Positions 30,132 through 43,010 of a stretch of DNA of 64,000 bases are shown here, piece after piece. The notes under the pieces are model-generated. The model was not told the origin of the DNA, did no database searches, and saw nothing but the letters and a program-made list of their open reading frames with translations. Positions within the stretch are counted from its first letter, which is position 1. Every line of letters starts with the position of its first letter. The DNA lies in the NCBI RefSeq assembly GCF_009914755.1, contig NC_060941.1; one strand, 5' to 3'. Source of the stretch: the human T2T-CHM13v2.0 reference genome, Homo sapiens. The translations under genes and the position numbers were made by a program.

Positions 30132-30203
30132 ATTTTTTAAACTTGTATTTTAAGTTCAGGGGTACATATGCAGGTTTGTTATATAGGTAAACTTATGTCA
30201 TGG
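30132..30203 (-). mobile_element. Extremely 5'-truncated L1P 3' end (~70 bp)
   Basis: 'ttttaagttcaggggtacatatgcaggtttgttatataggtaaacttatgtcatgg' flanked by gagtcaaa(t/c)at direct repeats. Confidence 0.8.
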
Positions 30204-30494
30204 TGAGTCAAACATTTTAAATATATGTATAAGCCATATATATTTCTGAAGGAGTTTATTATTTTGTTTATAAATATAAAATCAGAGTTTTTATAATCTA
30301 GTAATTTGTGGCAATATTACATATCAAGCTAATGGAACGAATTTAATGAGCTTCAAAGACAGGACATTTATTAAAATAATAACATTCATAAATTAATTGA
30401 CATCAACATACTATTTACAAAAATTAATGGTTTATACCTAAATATATACTCAAATTTAGTGGTATTATTATGTGGTACATGTCCTGTTTGTACA

Positions 30495-30983
30495 TAAATT
30501 TTGGATATAATAAATTTTTTGTGTACATAAGCTTCCACTTATTTCAATGAACATTAATGTACATTAGGTATTTGATTAGAACGAACATTACTCATCAACA
30601 AGAAAGTTTATTTAAAACCCCCAGCTCCCTCAATTGCTTGGTTCTCTTTCTCTATCTAAATAAGTTGCTCTTTCCTTTTCCTCTAAGATCAGTTATTGGG
30701 ATCAAAGCTTCAGTGATTGTTTACCTTATGTGTAAACTTTTGGATATAATAAAAGTTTTGTATACATATAAACTTCTGCTTATTTCAATGAACATTAATG
30801 TATATTTGGTATATGATTAGAAAAAACATTACTTGTCAACAAGAAAGTTTATTAAAAAAAAAAAAAAACAACTCCCTCAGTTGCTTGGTTTTTTCTCTCT
30901 AACTAAATAAGTATTCTTTCCTTTTTCTCTATGATCAGTTGTTGGATCAAGGCTTCAGTGATGGTTTACCTTATGTGTCAACT
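30495..30983 (+). repeat. Tandem duplication, two ~240-bp units
   Basis: 30495-30738 repeats at 30733-30983 (roughly 85% identical by eye); each unit ends with the first ~25 bp of the MLT2 LTR. Confidence 0.93.
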
Positions 30984-31490
30984 TGACTGGAATACAAGGT
31001 GCCCAGATATTTGGTTAAAGATTGAGTGTGTTTGTGAGGGTGTTTCTGGATAAGATTCACATTTCAATCAGCAGACTGAGTAAAGCAGATTACCCTGCCC
31101 AATATGGGTGGCCTCATCCAATCCAATGAAGGCCTGCAGAGAACGAAAAAGCTAAGAAAGTTAGAATTGGTTCTCTGTTTTTCTTTGAACTGGGACATTG
31201 GTCTTCTGCATTCAGAGTCAAATTCAAACTGGACCTTACACCATCAGCTCTCCTGATTCTCAGGCCTTTAGACTCACACTAGACTTATACCATCAGCTTT
31301 TCTCAGTTCTTATATATATCAGACCCAGAAAAGCTGCCAGTGTTTTTGGACAATGAAGTTCAGGCTGAGGTGGTCTTGGATGAAGATGAGGAACTTATTG
31401 GGATATATAACAGCTCTGATATATATCAGACCCAGAAAAGCTGAACGCCTGAGAACCAAGAGAGCTGATGGTGTAAGTTCCAGTTTGAAC

Positions 31491-31492
<2 letters not shown>

Positions 31493-31549
<57 letters not shown>

Positions 31550-31625
31550 GTGTGTGCATGTGTGTATATATATGACACATAGTGAGATGAAGTATCCCTG
31601 TATGTGTGTGTGTGTGTGTGTGTGC
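31493..31625. repeat. (TA)~26 followed by (TG)n microsatellites
   Basis: Direct reading. Confidence 0.97.
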
Positions 31626-31633
31626 ACATATAC

Positions 31634-32574
31634 ATTTGTGTGGTGACGCAGCCAAGCCATATCATTTTATCCCTTGCCCTTCCCAAATCTCATGTTGAAT
31701 TCTAATCCCCACGTGTCAGGAGAGGGAACTGGTGAAAGGTGATTGAATCATGGGGGCAGATTTCCTCCATGATAGTGACTGAGTTCTCACAAAATCTGGT
31801 GGTTTAAAAGTGTGGCACATCCCCCCTCACTCTTTCCTTCTGCCTTGTGAAGACATGCCCTGCTTCCCCTTCACCTTCTGCCATTCTTTATAGATTACCC
31901 AGTCTGAGGTAATTCTTTATAGCAGTGTGGGAATGAATTAATACAGAAAGTTGGTACCAGGAGTGAGATATTGTTACAAAGATACCTGAAAATGTGGAAG
32001 CGACTTTGGAACTGGGTAACAGATAGAGGTTGGAACGGTTTCGAGGGCTCAGAAGAAGATAGGAAGATGAGTGAAAGTTTGGAAAGATCTGTGGAACTTT
32101 GAACTTGAGAGAGATGATTTAGGGTATCTGGTGGAAGAAATTTCTAAGCAGCAAAGCATTCAAAATGTAACCTGGCTTTTTCTTAAAATGTATGCTCATA
32201 TGCATGAAGAAATAGATGGTGTGAAATTGGAACTTGTGTTTCAAAGGGAAGCAGAGCACAAAAGTTTGGAAAATTTGCAGCATGACTATGCAGTAGAAAA
32301 AGAAAATTCTGGGGAGGCCTCAGGAAACTTACAATCATGGCAGAAGGTGAAGGGAAGCAAGGCACATCTTCAGAAGGCAGCGAGAGAGAGAGAGCAAGGG
32401 GAGAAGTGCCACACTTCTAAACCATCAGATCTTGCCAGAACTCAGTATCACAAGAACAGAATGAGGGAAATCTACCCCCATGATCCAATCACCCCCAACA
32501 GGTTCCTCCCTTGACACGTGGGGATTAAAATTTGACATGAGATTTGGGTGGGGACAGAGAGCCAAACTATATCA
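31634..32574. mobile_element. Rearranged THE1D MaLR (LTR and internal pieces on both strands)
   Basis: Minus LTR-start/internal-end at 31634-31693; plus LTR at 31682-31945; plus internal at 31946-32317; minus LTR at 32310-32574 ending 'ccaaactatatca'. Confidence 0.85.
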
Positions 32575-33818
32575 GCCCTTAAAAATTATGCTAAATCTAC
32601 TCTATCTCTGTTCTATAAATGGAACAACAAAGCCTGGATAACAACATATCTTTTTACAGCGTAGTTTACTGAATATATTAAGCCCACTACTGAGACCTAC
32701 TGCTAAGAAAAGAAGATTCCTTTCAAAATATTTCTGCTCATTCTCAATGCATCTAGTCACCCAAGAGCTCTGATGCAGATGAGCAAGGAGGTTAAGTATA
32801 GTGTTCTTTGCTTGCTAATACAACATCCGTTCTGCAGCCTGTGGATCAAGAAGTAATTTTAATTTTCAAGACTTATTATTTTAGAAATATATTTCGTAAG
32901 TCTATAGCTGCCATAGATAGTAATTTCTCTGATGGATCTGGGAAAATTAAATTGAAAACCTTCTGGAAAGCATTCACCATTTTAGATACCATTAAGAACA
33001 TTTGTGCCTCATGGGAGGAGGTCAAAGTATCAACATTAACAGGAGTTTGGAAGACATTGACTCCCACCCTCATGGATGACTTTAAGGGGTTCAAGACTTC
33101 AGGGGTGGAAGTAACTGTAGATGTTGTAGAAATAGCAAGTGAACTAGAATTAGAAGTGGAGCCTGAAGGTGTGACTAAATGCTGCAATCTCATGGTAAAC
33201 CTTGAATGGCTGAGGAACTACTTCTTATCATGAGCAAAGAAAGTGGTTTCTTGAGATGAGATCTATTCCTGTGAAGATGCTGTAAACATTGATGAAGTGA
33301 AAACAAAGAATTTAGAGTATTTCATAACTTAGTGGATAAACCAGTGGCAGGGTTTAAAAGAATTGTCTTTAATTTTGACAAAAGTTCTACTGTGGGTAAA
33401 ACATTAAAGCGCATCACATACTACAAAGAAATATTTTATGAAAGAAAGAGTCAATCGATTTGGCAAATTTCATTATTGTCTTATTTTAAGAAATTTTCAC
33501 AGCCATCCAACTCTGTTGCAACCACCACCTTGGTCAGTCGACAGCAATCAACACGGAGGCAAAACCCTCCACCAGCAAAAAGATTATGATACTCTGAAGG
33601 CTCAGATGATTGTTAACATTTTTTAGCAAGAAAGTATTTTTTAATTAAAGTACGTACATGGTTCTTTTAGACATAATGCTATTACACACTGACAGTATAG
33701 CATAAACATAACTTTCGTATGCACTGGGAAATGAAAACATTTGTATGACTTGCTTTATTGAAATATTCATTTTATTGTGATAGTCTGAAATTGAAACTGC
33801 AATATCTCCCAGATAGGC

Positions 33819-33821
<3 letters not shown>
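32575..33821 (+). mobile_element. Tigger1, 3' half (transposase DDE-domain remnant and right TIR)
   Basis: ORF 32808-33233 '[19 protein letters not shown]' is pogo/Tigger DDE; end 'gcaatatctcccagataggcttg'. Confidence 0.92.
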
Positions 33822-33865
<44 letters not shown>

Positions 33866-33884
33866 AGACAGAGAGAGAGAGAGG

Positions 33885-33919
<35 letters not shown>

Positions 33920-33920
33920 A
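33820..33920. repeat. (GT)n(GA)n compound microsatellite
   Basis: Direct reading. Confidence 0.97.
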
Positions 33921-34379
33921 TCCTATTTGTTTGTTTTTTCATGGAAAACCCAGAGTAATACAGCTTCTTTCACCTTGCTAGAGCTAACTCAAAATTAAAA
34001 GTCAAGAGAAGGTTTAGAGATTTTCTTGAATCAATGATCCACACTCATACCTATTCTGAAAGGTAGAATCTATTCCTCCTCAAAGAGGGATGCAAGTGGC
34101 AGATGTGGAATTATGCCACATGAGGTTACTTTTCAGAGCTCCATCTGACATTTCTTAATGGTTGGTAGCAAAATTGAGCTACCAATTCAATACACATTTC
34201 TCTAGAGTAGGAACTAGGGATAAGCTAATTGATAAGCTATAATGTCAACCTATTTATGATTTTAAAGTATGATAGGTTTAGGCCAGCCTGAATACATTTA
34301 TATTTCACCTCTCATAGATTATTTTTGCCCATTTCTTTATTGAATGCTGAGATATTAATATCCCTTGTGTTAAAATAGG

Positions 34380-34750
34380 TCCAATGAAGTCCAAGCTCAG
34401 AGAGAACATAAAAGGTCTGCAATTTCAAGATGGGTTGCAAATCTTTACATAAAGTAGAAAAGGTGATTAATAACAGGCCTAATTGAGAAATGCAATTTTT
34501 GTGCTGGGGAGCTTCAGATCACAGACTGTTTTTTCTTTTTTGTATTCATCACAGGCAATTGAACCTGGTGAATGAAATGAAATTAAGTTAAGGGGAGAAA
34601 ATTGGTTCCAAATAAAGTTTAGGAAGCAATTTCTACCCATGAGGTAATTAATGAATGAAACGGGTTTCTACATTAGCTCTTGAGGCAAAGCCATTTTAAG
34701 GAGAAGCCCTCTTGGGGAAAGTATTCAAAGTAATCTACCCCAGTGGTCAA
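34380..34750 (+). mobile_element. Probable L3/CR1 3' fragment
   Basis: 'aagtttaggaagcaatttctacccatgaggtaattaatgaatgaaacggg' resembles the CR1 ORF2 end; highly diverged. Confidence 0.4.
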
Positions 34751-35678
34751 GCAGTAGCTGATTTTGAAGTAATGGCAATATGGTCCTTTACAGGCAAGGG
34801 GTCTTCTTGCTCAATGAGGTATTAAACAAGGTCATGTCTTCCATTTGAACGACTGCTACCATTCCACAAGAAAATAGAGGAAGGATAATAAGGAGTTTTA
34901 GAATTGCTTTGCAGTGATCTTTTGTGTTTTGGCTTTAATTACAAAGTACTGCATGTGTGCTATATTAAAAAAAATTAAGAAACATAAGTGCAAAAAGCAA
35001 ATTATGAGAAGACTCGCCAAACATGCCCATGCTTGGGTGCACCCCTCACTTTATTTTCAGAGATAACAACTGTTCTCTCTCTAAATCCAGTTCTGTGCAT
35101 TTCTTGACACTGAAAGTATTCTGAGGTTAGGGAAGTCACACAGGGTAGTTTTGTCAAACCTTGCTCCTCCCTGTCCTGCAGGCACATTGCTTAGAGAGAC
35201 CACTCTGGAGGCTTCAGAAAAGCCAGGAAGCTGGCTAAGAAATCTCTTGACCCTGGCTAAAGACCAATGTTTAAGTAACAACATCTAAAAAAGAGAGACT
35301 TTTCCTTTCAGTGTCCTCTGTGGAAACTTAATGATATGTGTCTTTGTTATCACTGCATTGCAATAAAAATCAAATCAGTGTCCAGTGTTGCCTAGCCGTA
35401 AGGAAATTTCAAGCAATAATCTTTGAACAAAAAAATTACTTTTCTTCCTCTGTCTTCATCAGTTTGTGGTAATTACATCTGTCTTGACTGTCTGGTTGGC
35501 ATTTACTTGTAATCCAGAATAAATCTTTTTATGTCCAGTATATTTTGAGTTTTTCTGCAAATTATCTGCCAACCATCATCACTTCACAGGGCTAGTTCAG
35601 AATTCGGTAAAAATATTTTGCTGTAGGAGAGTTACTTAGCCTCTTATTCAAAAAACAAACAAAAACATACAAAACAAA

Positions 35679-35965
<287 letters not shown>

Positions 35966-36727
35966 TGATTTTATCTTTCTTACTCTCTGTTCTACCTAGT
36001 CTCCTGGACAATGTTTCCCAAACTGTGGTTTTTAGACCCTTGGGAGGCCCAAAACATATTCCATGGGTTAGAAAAATCTCTACAAAAAACTGAGTTAGAT
36101 GTTCACTTTGATGATTAAAATATAAAATATAAGTATAGTCTCAATTGTCTATATAAGTTTATAATCAAGTATGAATCCACAATTTATGCCTCCATACTTT
36201 CTTTTGTGTTTATGATCAAGCTAAAGGAGTAGATTCTAGCTTGGCCTTGACTGAGTTAGTAAGCAGCTAATTGATTTCAGAGAGATTTACTTGGTGTCAA
36301 AATGGCGATAATCAGTTTATATCTATCTTCATCCTCATATTAACTTTTTAAGTAATAGTAAGCACTAAGTGTTCTTTTGCAAGAATTATTAATAACTAAA
36401 ATACATTTTTAGAGAATAAGACTAGCTCTTTAATATGTTGAGACTGACTTTCCATTATAAAAATGACATTAGGAAATGATGATACAATGTGATTTGTGAT
36501 ATAATAAATAAAGGATTTCTTACAAAACTAGGGAGGAAGGTGATGGCCAGAGAACACCTCTGAAGTTTAGGCATGAAGTTCAGTAAGAGTTAACTCTTAC
36601 TCCACGCTAATCTCCATGTTACAGAGATTTGGGGCAAAGCCTGTGCAAAGGAAACACCCATGTAAGATGTAGAAGTAGGAAAGCATGCTATTTGCACAAC
36701 AGTTTATGCATTTTAAAAACAAGACCT

Positions 36728-37264
36728 TGTATTAGTCAGGGTTCTCTAGAGGGACAGAACTAATAGGATAAATGTATATATGAAAGGGAGTTTATAAAGG
36801 AGTATTGACTCATACCATCACAAGGTGAAATCCCACAATAGACGGTCTGCAAGCTGAGGAGCAAGGAAGCCAGTCTGAGTCCCAAAACCTCAAAAATAGG
36901 GAAGCCGACTTTGCACGCTTCAGTCTGTGGCTGAAGGCCCGAAAACTCCTGGCAAATCACTGGCGTAAGTTCAAGAGTCCAAAAGCTGAAGAACTTGGAG
37001 TCTAATGTTCAAGGGCAGGAAGTATCCAGCACGGAAGAAAGATGGAGGCCAGAAGACTTAGCCAGTCTAGTCTTTCCACATCCTTTTATTCTGCCTTCAC
37101 TGGCAGTTTGGATTGTGTCCACCCAGACTGAGGGTGGGTCTGCCTTTCCCAGTCCACTGATTCAAATGTTAATCTCCTTTGGCAACACCCTCACAGACAC
37201 ACCCAGGAGCAATACTTCGCATCCTCCAATCGAATCAAGTTGACACTCAGTGTTAACCATCACA
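36728..37264 (-). mobile_element. MLT2A (HERV-L) solo LTR
   Basis: tgtattagtcagggttctctagagggacagaac...gttaaccatcaca; perfect 5-bp TSD GACCT (36723-27, 37265-69). Confidence 0.92.
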
Positions 37265-39034
37265 GACCTTATTGATTTTATTTGGTACATTATCCAATAA
37301 TCATGTGATGTAGGTAAAGAGTGTATTGTTATTATCCCTTTATATGGGGCAACTTTCACTCATAGAAGTTAAGTAACTTAGCTTGAGTCATACGACTCAC
37401 AAGTGACAGTGCAAGGACCTGACACCATGACAGTGCTATTTTGCTGGGCATTTTTACTAGTCCACATTTTCTACTTCAGCACTTGAGATGGCCTGAAGAG
37501 CACTCCATCCTTCCCTAGTTTATCTCTGTCCTGGTTATCTTCCAACCATGTAATGGACACTATTAAGTAAGCAATTATACACCTCATATGCTTTGTGAAT
37601 TAAAAACCTGTTGAAAAGTTAATGATGAGGGAAATCCAAAAGACCAATATATATCTAGTGTCTGTTCTGTTCCAGCAACTTTAGGAGGACTGAGTTGGCC
37701 AACGGAGATGCACCAAGTCCTGTTTCCAGAATAAACTTAAATTGCCTCTCATTTCACTTGTTCCAATCTGGTTGCTGGTTTGAATCCTGTTGCCTCTGTG
37801 CTTGGTCCTTGTTCTCACCTCCAATGCCTCTGGTTTAGAAGATCTGTTAAATACTCACTTTCTGACTTAAACTTATAGTCTCCTTTCAGTTCAATTCTAG
37901 TACTAGTCCTCTGGTTTCCTGCACAACGTCCACTGCTCTGGCTTTCAGGAACTGAATGACTAAGTTTACCTTCTGCTAGGGGTGAGTAATCAAAGATGTT
38001 ATTCATATAATCAAACAAATATTAAAAAGTAGAGGGACATACAACAACTACTGAATTATCTTTTTAATTATACAACTATCAACTTGGCTAGTTGGTTTTG
38101 ATTATTATCTAAAATATTTCTCTTTTCATTCTTATCATGTCTGGTGTTACATATTTTAGTAAACTTCTCACAAATCAGCCTGGATTCTCACTCTGTATCT
38201 AACTTGAAGCCATACTCAGCATTTTGTAAACCAATCCCCTGCCCCAGAAAAAAAGCCAAAAGAAAAACAAAAACTTCACTTCCACAAGATGTTAGTGAGT
38301 GTTACGTTTTCTGTAAAATATAAGGAGAGAAGTGGAAGAAAATTCAAGTGGTAAGTTATACAGAAAAACTTAAAATTTCTGATTAAATACATTTATTCTG
38401 TTACAAAATTGCTCCCTAGCTGCCAGCCATCTATTCAATTTATCTTCTTTCCTTTTCCCTTTCTCCCTACATCTGTTCAAATCCCTTCTATTGTCCAGAA
38501 ACTTCTTAGAAAGTAGTTCCATTGTTATGCAATCATGAGCTTGGGGACTTAGTGCTCCCGAGTGACTTCTCTCCAAACTAAATTTTTAATCTACAGAACA
38601 AATTTTGGGGGTGGGGGTTATATAGAGTCACAGGAATGACAGCAGTGGTGGAGTTGATTCTAGCTGCACATTCTTTTCAGATTTTCTGCCATATTTGATA
38701 ATATATAAACACTCAATATTTTTATTAACTTGTACTAGGATTTTGTACAGGAGCATTCAGATTTAATAATAACAATATCATCCACTGCCTAGCCAATGCA
38801 ATAGAACACAGATGGAAATAAAGTCATGTAGCAGGAGTTGAAAATCTTTCTGGAAAGAATCTTTGACACATTCAGAGTCCTTTTAAACATATTAGTGAGT
38901 TTGGTTCTCAAAATAACCTAATGAGGAAAGTAGGGCAGGTGGTGTTATATCTATTATACGTGTTGAGAAGCTCAAGGTTTACTAAGTTCATAAAATAGTG
39001 TGTGATAAAGTGGGAAAGCTGAAACCCATGATAT

Positions 39035-39450
39035 CTGTGGGTCTGATAGTCTCAGGTAGTCATGGGCACCAGTCACCAAGTTAATCTGGCTGTTTTTCTG
39101 GACACAGTAGGCTTATGCTTTTTCACCCCATTTGATGATAAGCTGTGTGACTTGCTTTGGCCAATGCAACATTGGTGAACATGATGTATCACCTCTGGGC
39201 AAAAACTTGGAGAGCCATCATGGATTCTCCACATTCCTTTCCATCTGCCATGGTGACGGAGAAAGCATGGGTCAAAATGGAGCCCTCTTAAGCTTAGCCT
39301 TAGGTATCTGCAATAAGAAGGGCACCACTGTCAACTGGCATCATTGGACAGGTAATTTAGAATTTTTACGACATTTTGTGAGGTTAAGAGATTGATTTTG
39401 GAGTTGCTAGTTGCTCCAGCATAACCAACCCTATCCTGAGTTATATGCCT
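39035..39450 (+). mobile_element. Old MLT1 LTR
   Basis: 'tgtgacttgctttggccaatg', 'ctgccatggtgacggagaagcatg', 'gattttggagttgctagttgctccagcataacc..cctatcctgagttata'. Confidence 0.65.
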
Positions 39451-40554
39451 TTGACTTCTATTCTTACTCCTTCTCATGCAAACTCTTCACATGGTGTGAT
39501 GAAATAGTCAGATAGCAATTGGGCAACAGATCTGAATCACTGTGTTTAGTATCTCGATGTTGCCCTGGCTATTACTGGTAGCTATAGTTAATAAAGAAAA
39601 TTATAGTACTCTTTATTTATAGTAATTTTTTTTTCCTAACACAAGAGTGAGAACTTTTGTTGTTCACCACCTGCCAATGGGAAATACAACATAATTCAAG
39701 GTAACTGAAGGTCACCCTTGAATCACCACTGTGGAGAATTATATCCAAAATTTGTGCAAAGCATTTTCAGTCACATCCTTAGTGGTTAGGGCAGCAAGGA
39801 GCAAAAGAAGAGTGAAAAACATTGTGTTAATGCTGAAAAACAAAAAGCAGAGAAAAAGATTAATAGTGGTGATTAAAGAATTAGAAAGCATTTTCTCCAG
39901 AAATCCAAGCTGTGCTTGGAATAAAATAGCAAAAGTTGAGAAATTCGTAAGACAACCACAAATAGAAAATGATAGGGCAAGTGTGGGTATGATTAAGGAT
40001 GACTCCAGAAACTTCAACTTAGCATTCTTTCTTCTTTGCCCCTTCTCCTAACTCAGTAAAAGTAGGGACAGTTATAAAGCCGATGAAAATCGGGAGTTTG
40101 TGAAATGTCTAAGCTTTCTATATTTGCGTACAGATTCAGTGCTTGTTATAAAGCTGTTTTTCCTGTGATTTTTCTATCAAGAATAGTGAGTATTCCAAGA
40201 TGGGGTGGGTGGTGGCAATTCTAAGTAAAGTAAGCAGCCTCAAAAATGTGACTTGAGGCTTCATGAAAGAGTTTTGCTTTCACTATGTTTTCCAATGCTA
40301 ACTCAGGGCATGAACACATTGAGGGGCCACCTGAATATCAAAATTTGAGGGGGTAATTAAGGCCTATTTGCTTTCCCAAAGACAAAAATGGTTTATCCTT
40401 CTTCCTTCATCATTTCTGTCTTTTACAAATGAGCTACCTTTAAACAACTCTCTACACTGAAAATTGCAACTATCAAGTTTTCCTCTGTTGACCTTCTTCT
40501 GAAATTGTTATTTCTGTTCACAGGTAGAGTTGAATAAGCAGCAAAGATATTTCT

Positions 40555-40850
40555 AGATAATCGCTTCTCAGAATTTAATGTGCATATGAACCACTTGGGG
40601 ATCTTGCTGAAATGCAGATTATGATACTGTAGGATTTGGGATGGGCTTGAGATTCTGCATTTCTAATAATTCCCTAGGTGATGCTGATGCTGTTTGTCTA
40701 GGAACGATCCATGAAATAATATGGATATCAAGTCTCAGAGCAGGTAAGTAACTTACACAGGACCACAGCAAGTAAATGGTAAAACCGTGATTAGAAGTCA
40801 AATCTGTCTGACTCCACATCCTGTGCTCTTGGTCAATAATGTAATGCCTC
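40555..40850. mobile_element. MER5A followed by a MIR fragment
   Basis: 'gaaatgcagatt...gagattctgcatttctaataattccctaggtgatgctgatgctg'; then 'aagtaactt...gtaaatgg...tctgtctgactcca'. Confidence 0.7.
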
Positions 40851-41403
40851 CCCATAGAGATAGGCACCGATGGGACATTCTCTGAGAAGAAAGATAATAG
40901 CATGAAGATAATGGATTGCTAAGCTACAGAAAAGAAATCAGACATGTCAGATGTCACTCACTTTGGGAAATATATGTCTTAAGCTCACAAACCTTTAAAT
41001 TAGACAATTTCAGCCTTACAGAACACTAGCTGTTTTCATAGCTTCACTTCATAAAGTCCCACCATTCCCCCACTGAAAAGAGACAATAAAAGATTTTATA
41101 ACACATGCAATCATAATTTGGTGCCAGTACAACATAGTCTCCATGACATAAAGTTGCACAGCAGGAGAGCAAGCCCAAGGAAAGTATCTAATCAGATAAT
41201 TAACCAGGAAATTGAGAGCCTGAGCATTAAGTGCTACTCTGGGGGTCTCCTACAGCAAATGGCCTCTATGGTGTATTAACACACTGAAGCTTGGGTGAAA
41301 GCTTACTTCGGAGGCTCTATGACTCATTCTATGTTTAATCACTGCTACTCTACATCAGTAGAGTACATATAGGGAGAAAAGAGGGGCATTAAAACTCAGT
41401 ACA

Positions 41404-41683
<280 letters not shown>

Positions 41684-41949
41684 GGCCTCACTATAATAAT
41701 GGTAGGAGAAAACCGTAAGAAATCTCAAGCCAACCAAGGAAAATAGCTCCCCAGGTTGGGAAAACCTCCTAATATGGATAATGAAAGAAAGGCCCTAAAA
41801 AGCGATAGAGATCACTTCAGGGGAAGGCCAGGAGGAATCAAAGGTAACTGTTGCAACTTAACAATTCACCTAAAGCAAAGTCTTAACTTTTCTGCCCTTG
41901 ATTAACTTTTCAGAGGTTTATCAGTTTAGCAGCTCCAATATGCTATTCG

Positions 41950-43010
41950 TCTGAATCTTTCTAAACCCATGTCTCTCCCACAGTCCCAACACTCCTTCAC
42001 ATACCACAATCTATCCCAGGTTTCATCCCTTTCCCATATTCTCATTCCTACTCTTCCACCAAAAGTAAAACTCTGCCTTCGTTTTCTTCTAAGTCCAGCA
42101 GAAAGCTGTGAAGCCTTTTCTGATTCCAAGCCTCTCCACCTTGGTCCAAGCCATCAGAATCTCTACCCTGGACTACCTCAAGAGCCTCTAACTTGTTTCT
42201 TTGCTTTAACTCTTGCCTTCCATGTGGTAGCTCCTGCACATAACCCAAGCACAATCACATTCTTAAATGTAAATTAGACTATGCCACTGGCCTGCCTAAA
42301 ACCCTGCTGTGGTCTTCATCCTACTTCTCCCATTATACTCTGTAGCATCTCAACCCTGGTTGCACTTGAGAATCTCCAGCAGAGGCTTTGCAAAACAGCA
42401 ATGCCTGGGCCTCATGCCAGACTAATTATGCAGGATACACCATTTGCCTGATGATTCACAGCACAGCCAGGTTTGCTGGTCTGGCCTGTGACACCTCTTG
42501 GTTTAATAGTGCTCATTCCTCCTGATCTTTGCATTGCTGCCACCATGTCATCATTCTGCCTGAACATCACCTCCACACGAGGCTGTCTCTGACCACCCTT
42601 CCCAGGACCTCTCTGTTATAGCACCTTGAAGCACTTTTCTCTGCTTGAATTTTCCTTGCTTACTCATGCTGTAACCTGCATTGTCCTGTCAGAAAATTAA
42701 GCTTTAATGACACAGGGACCCCGTGTGTTTTTCAGTATACCTGGCATAGTGTAGGCAACTCGTTCAGTAAACATTTGTGAACAAGTATTGAATGAATTCC
42801 CCAGGCAGAACTAATCACTTCCTCTTCTGTATCCTCAAAGCACTTTGGAGATTGCTCCATTAAAATACATCGCCCATATTTTATTCAGTTGCATCTGTGC
42901 CTGTTTCCTCGCTAGACTGAAAGCAACTTGAGTGTGGGAGCTATGTCTTATTCATCTTTCTATTTCTATTACTTAGCATTGTGCTAAATATATGATAGGT
43001 GCTATAACTA
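41950..43010 (+). mobile_element. L2 fragments with a nested MER5-like piece
   Basis: L2 termini 'cagtaaacatttgtgaacaagtattgaatgaat' and 'ctagactgaaagcaacttgag...gataggtgct'; MER5-like at 42350-42470. Confidence 0.55.

Larger units (their letters stand above)
30957..33962 (+). mobile_element. MLT2 (ERVL) solo LTR with nested Tigger1 and THE1D
   Basis: Start '(a)gtgatggtttaccttatgtgtcaacttgactgg', end 'tcctatttg...ggaaaacccagagtaataca'; perfect 5-bp TSD GCTTC (30952-56, 33963-67). Confidence 0.88.

Noticed and set aside
31319-31686. ORFs with YIYIYI and HTHT runs
   Set aside because: Translations of (TA)n and (TG)n microsatellites
32071-32514. 147-aa ORF
   Set aside because: Chimeric read-through of the MaLR internal ORF remnant into an antisense LTR across a rearrangement junction; GTG start
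39731-40051. 106-aa basic ORF and its 92-aa antisense partner
   Set aside because: GTG start, A-rich low-complexity codons, no recognisable domain or convincing splice sites; likely chance or a decayed repeat
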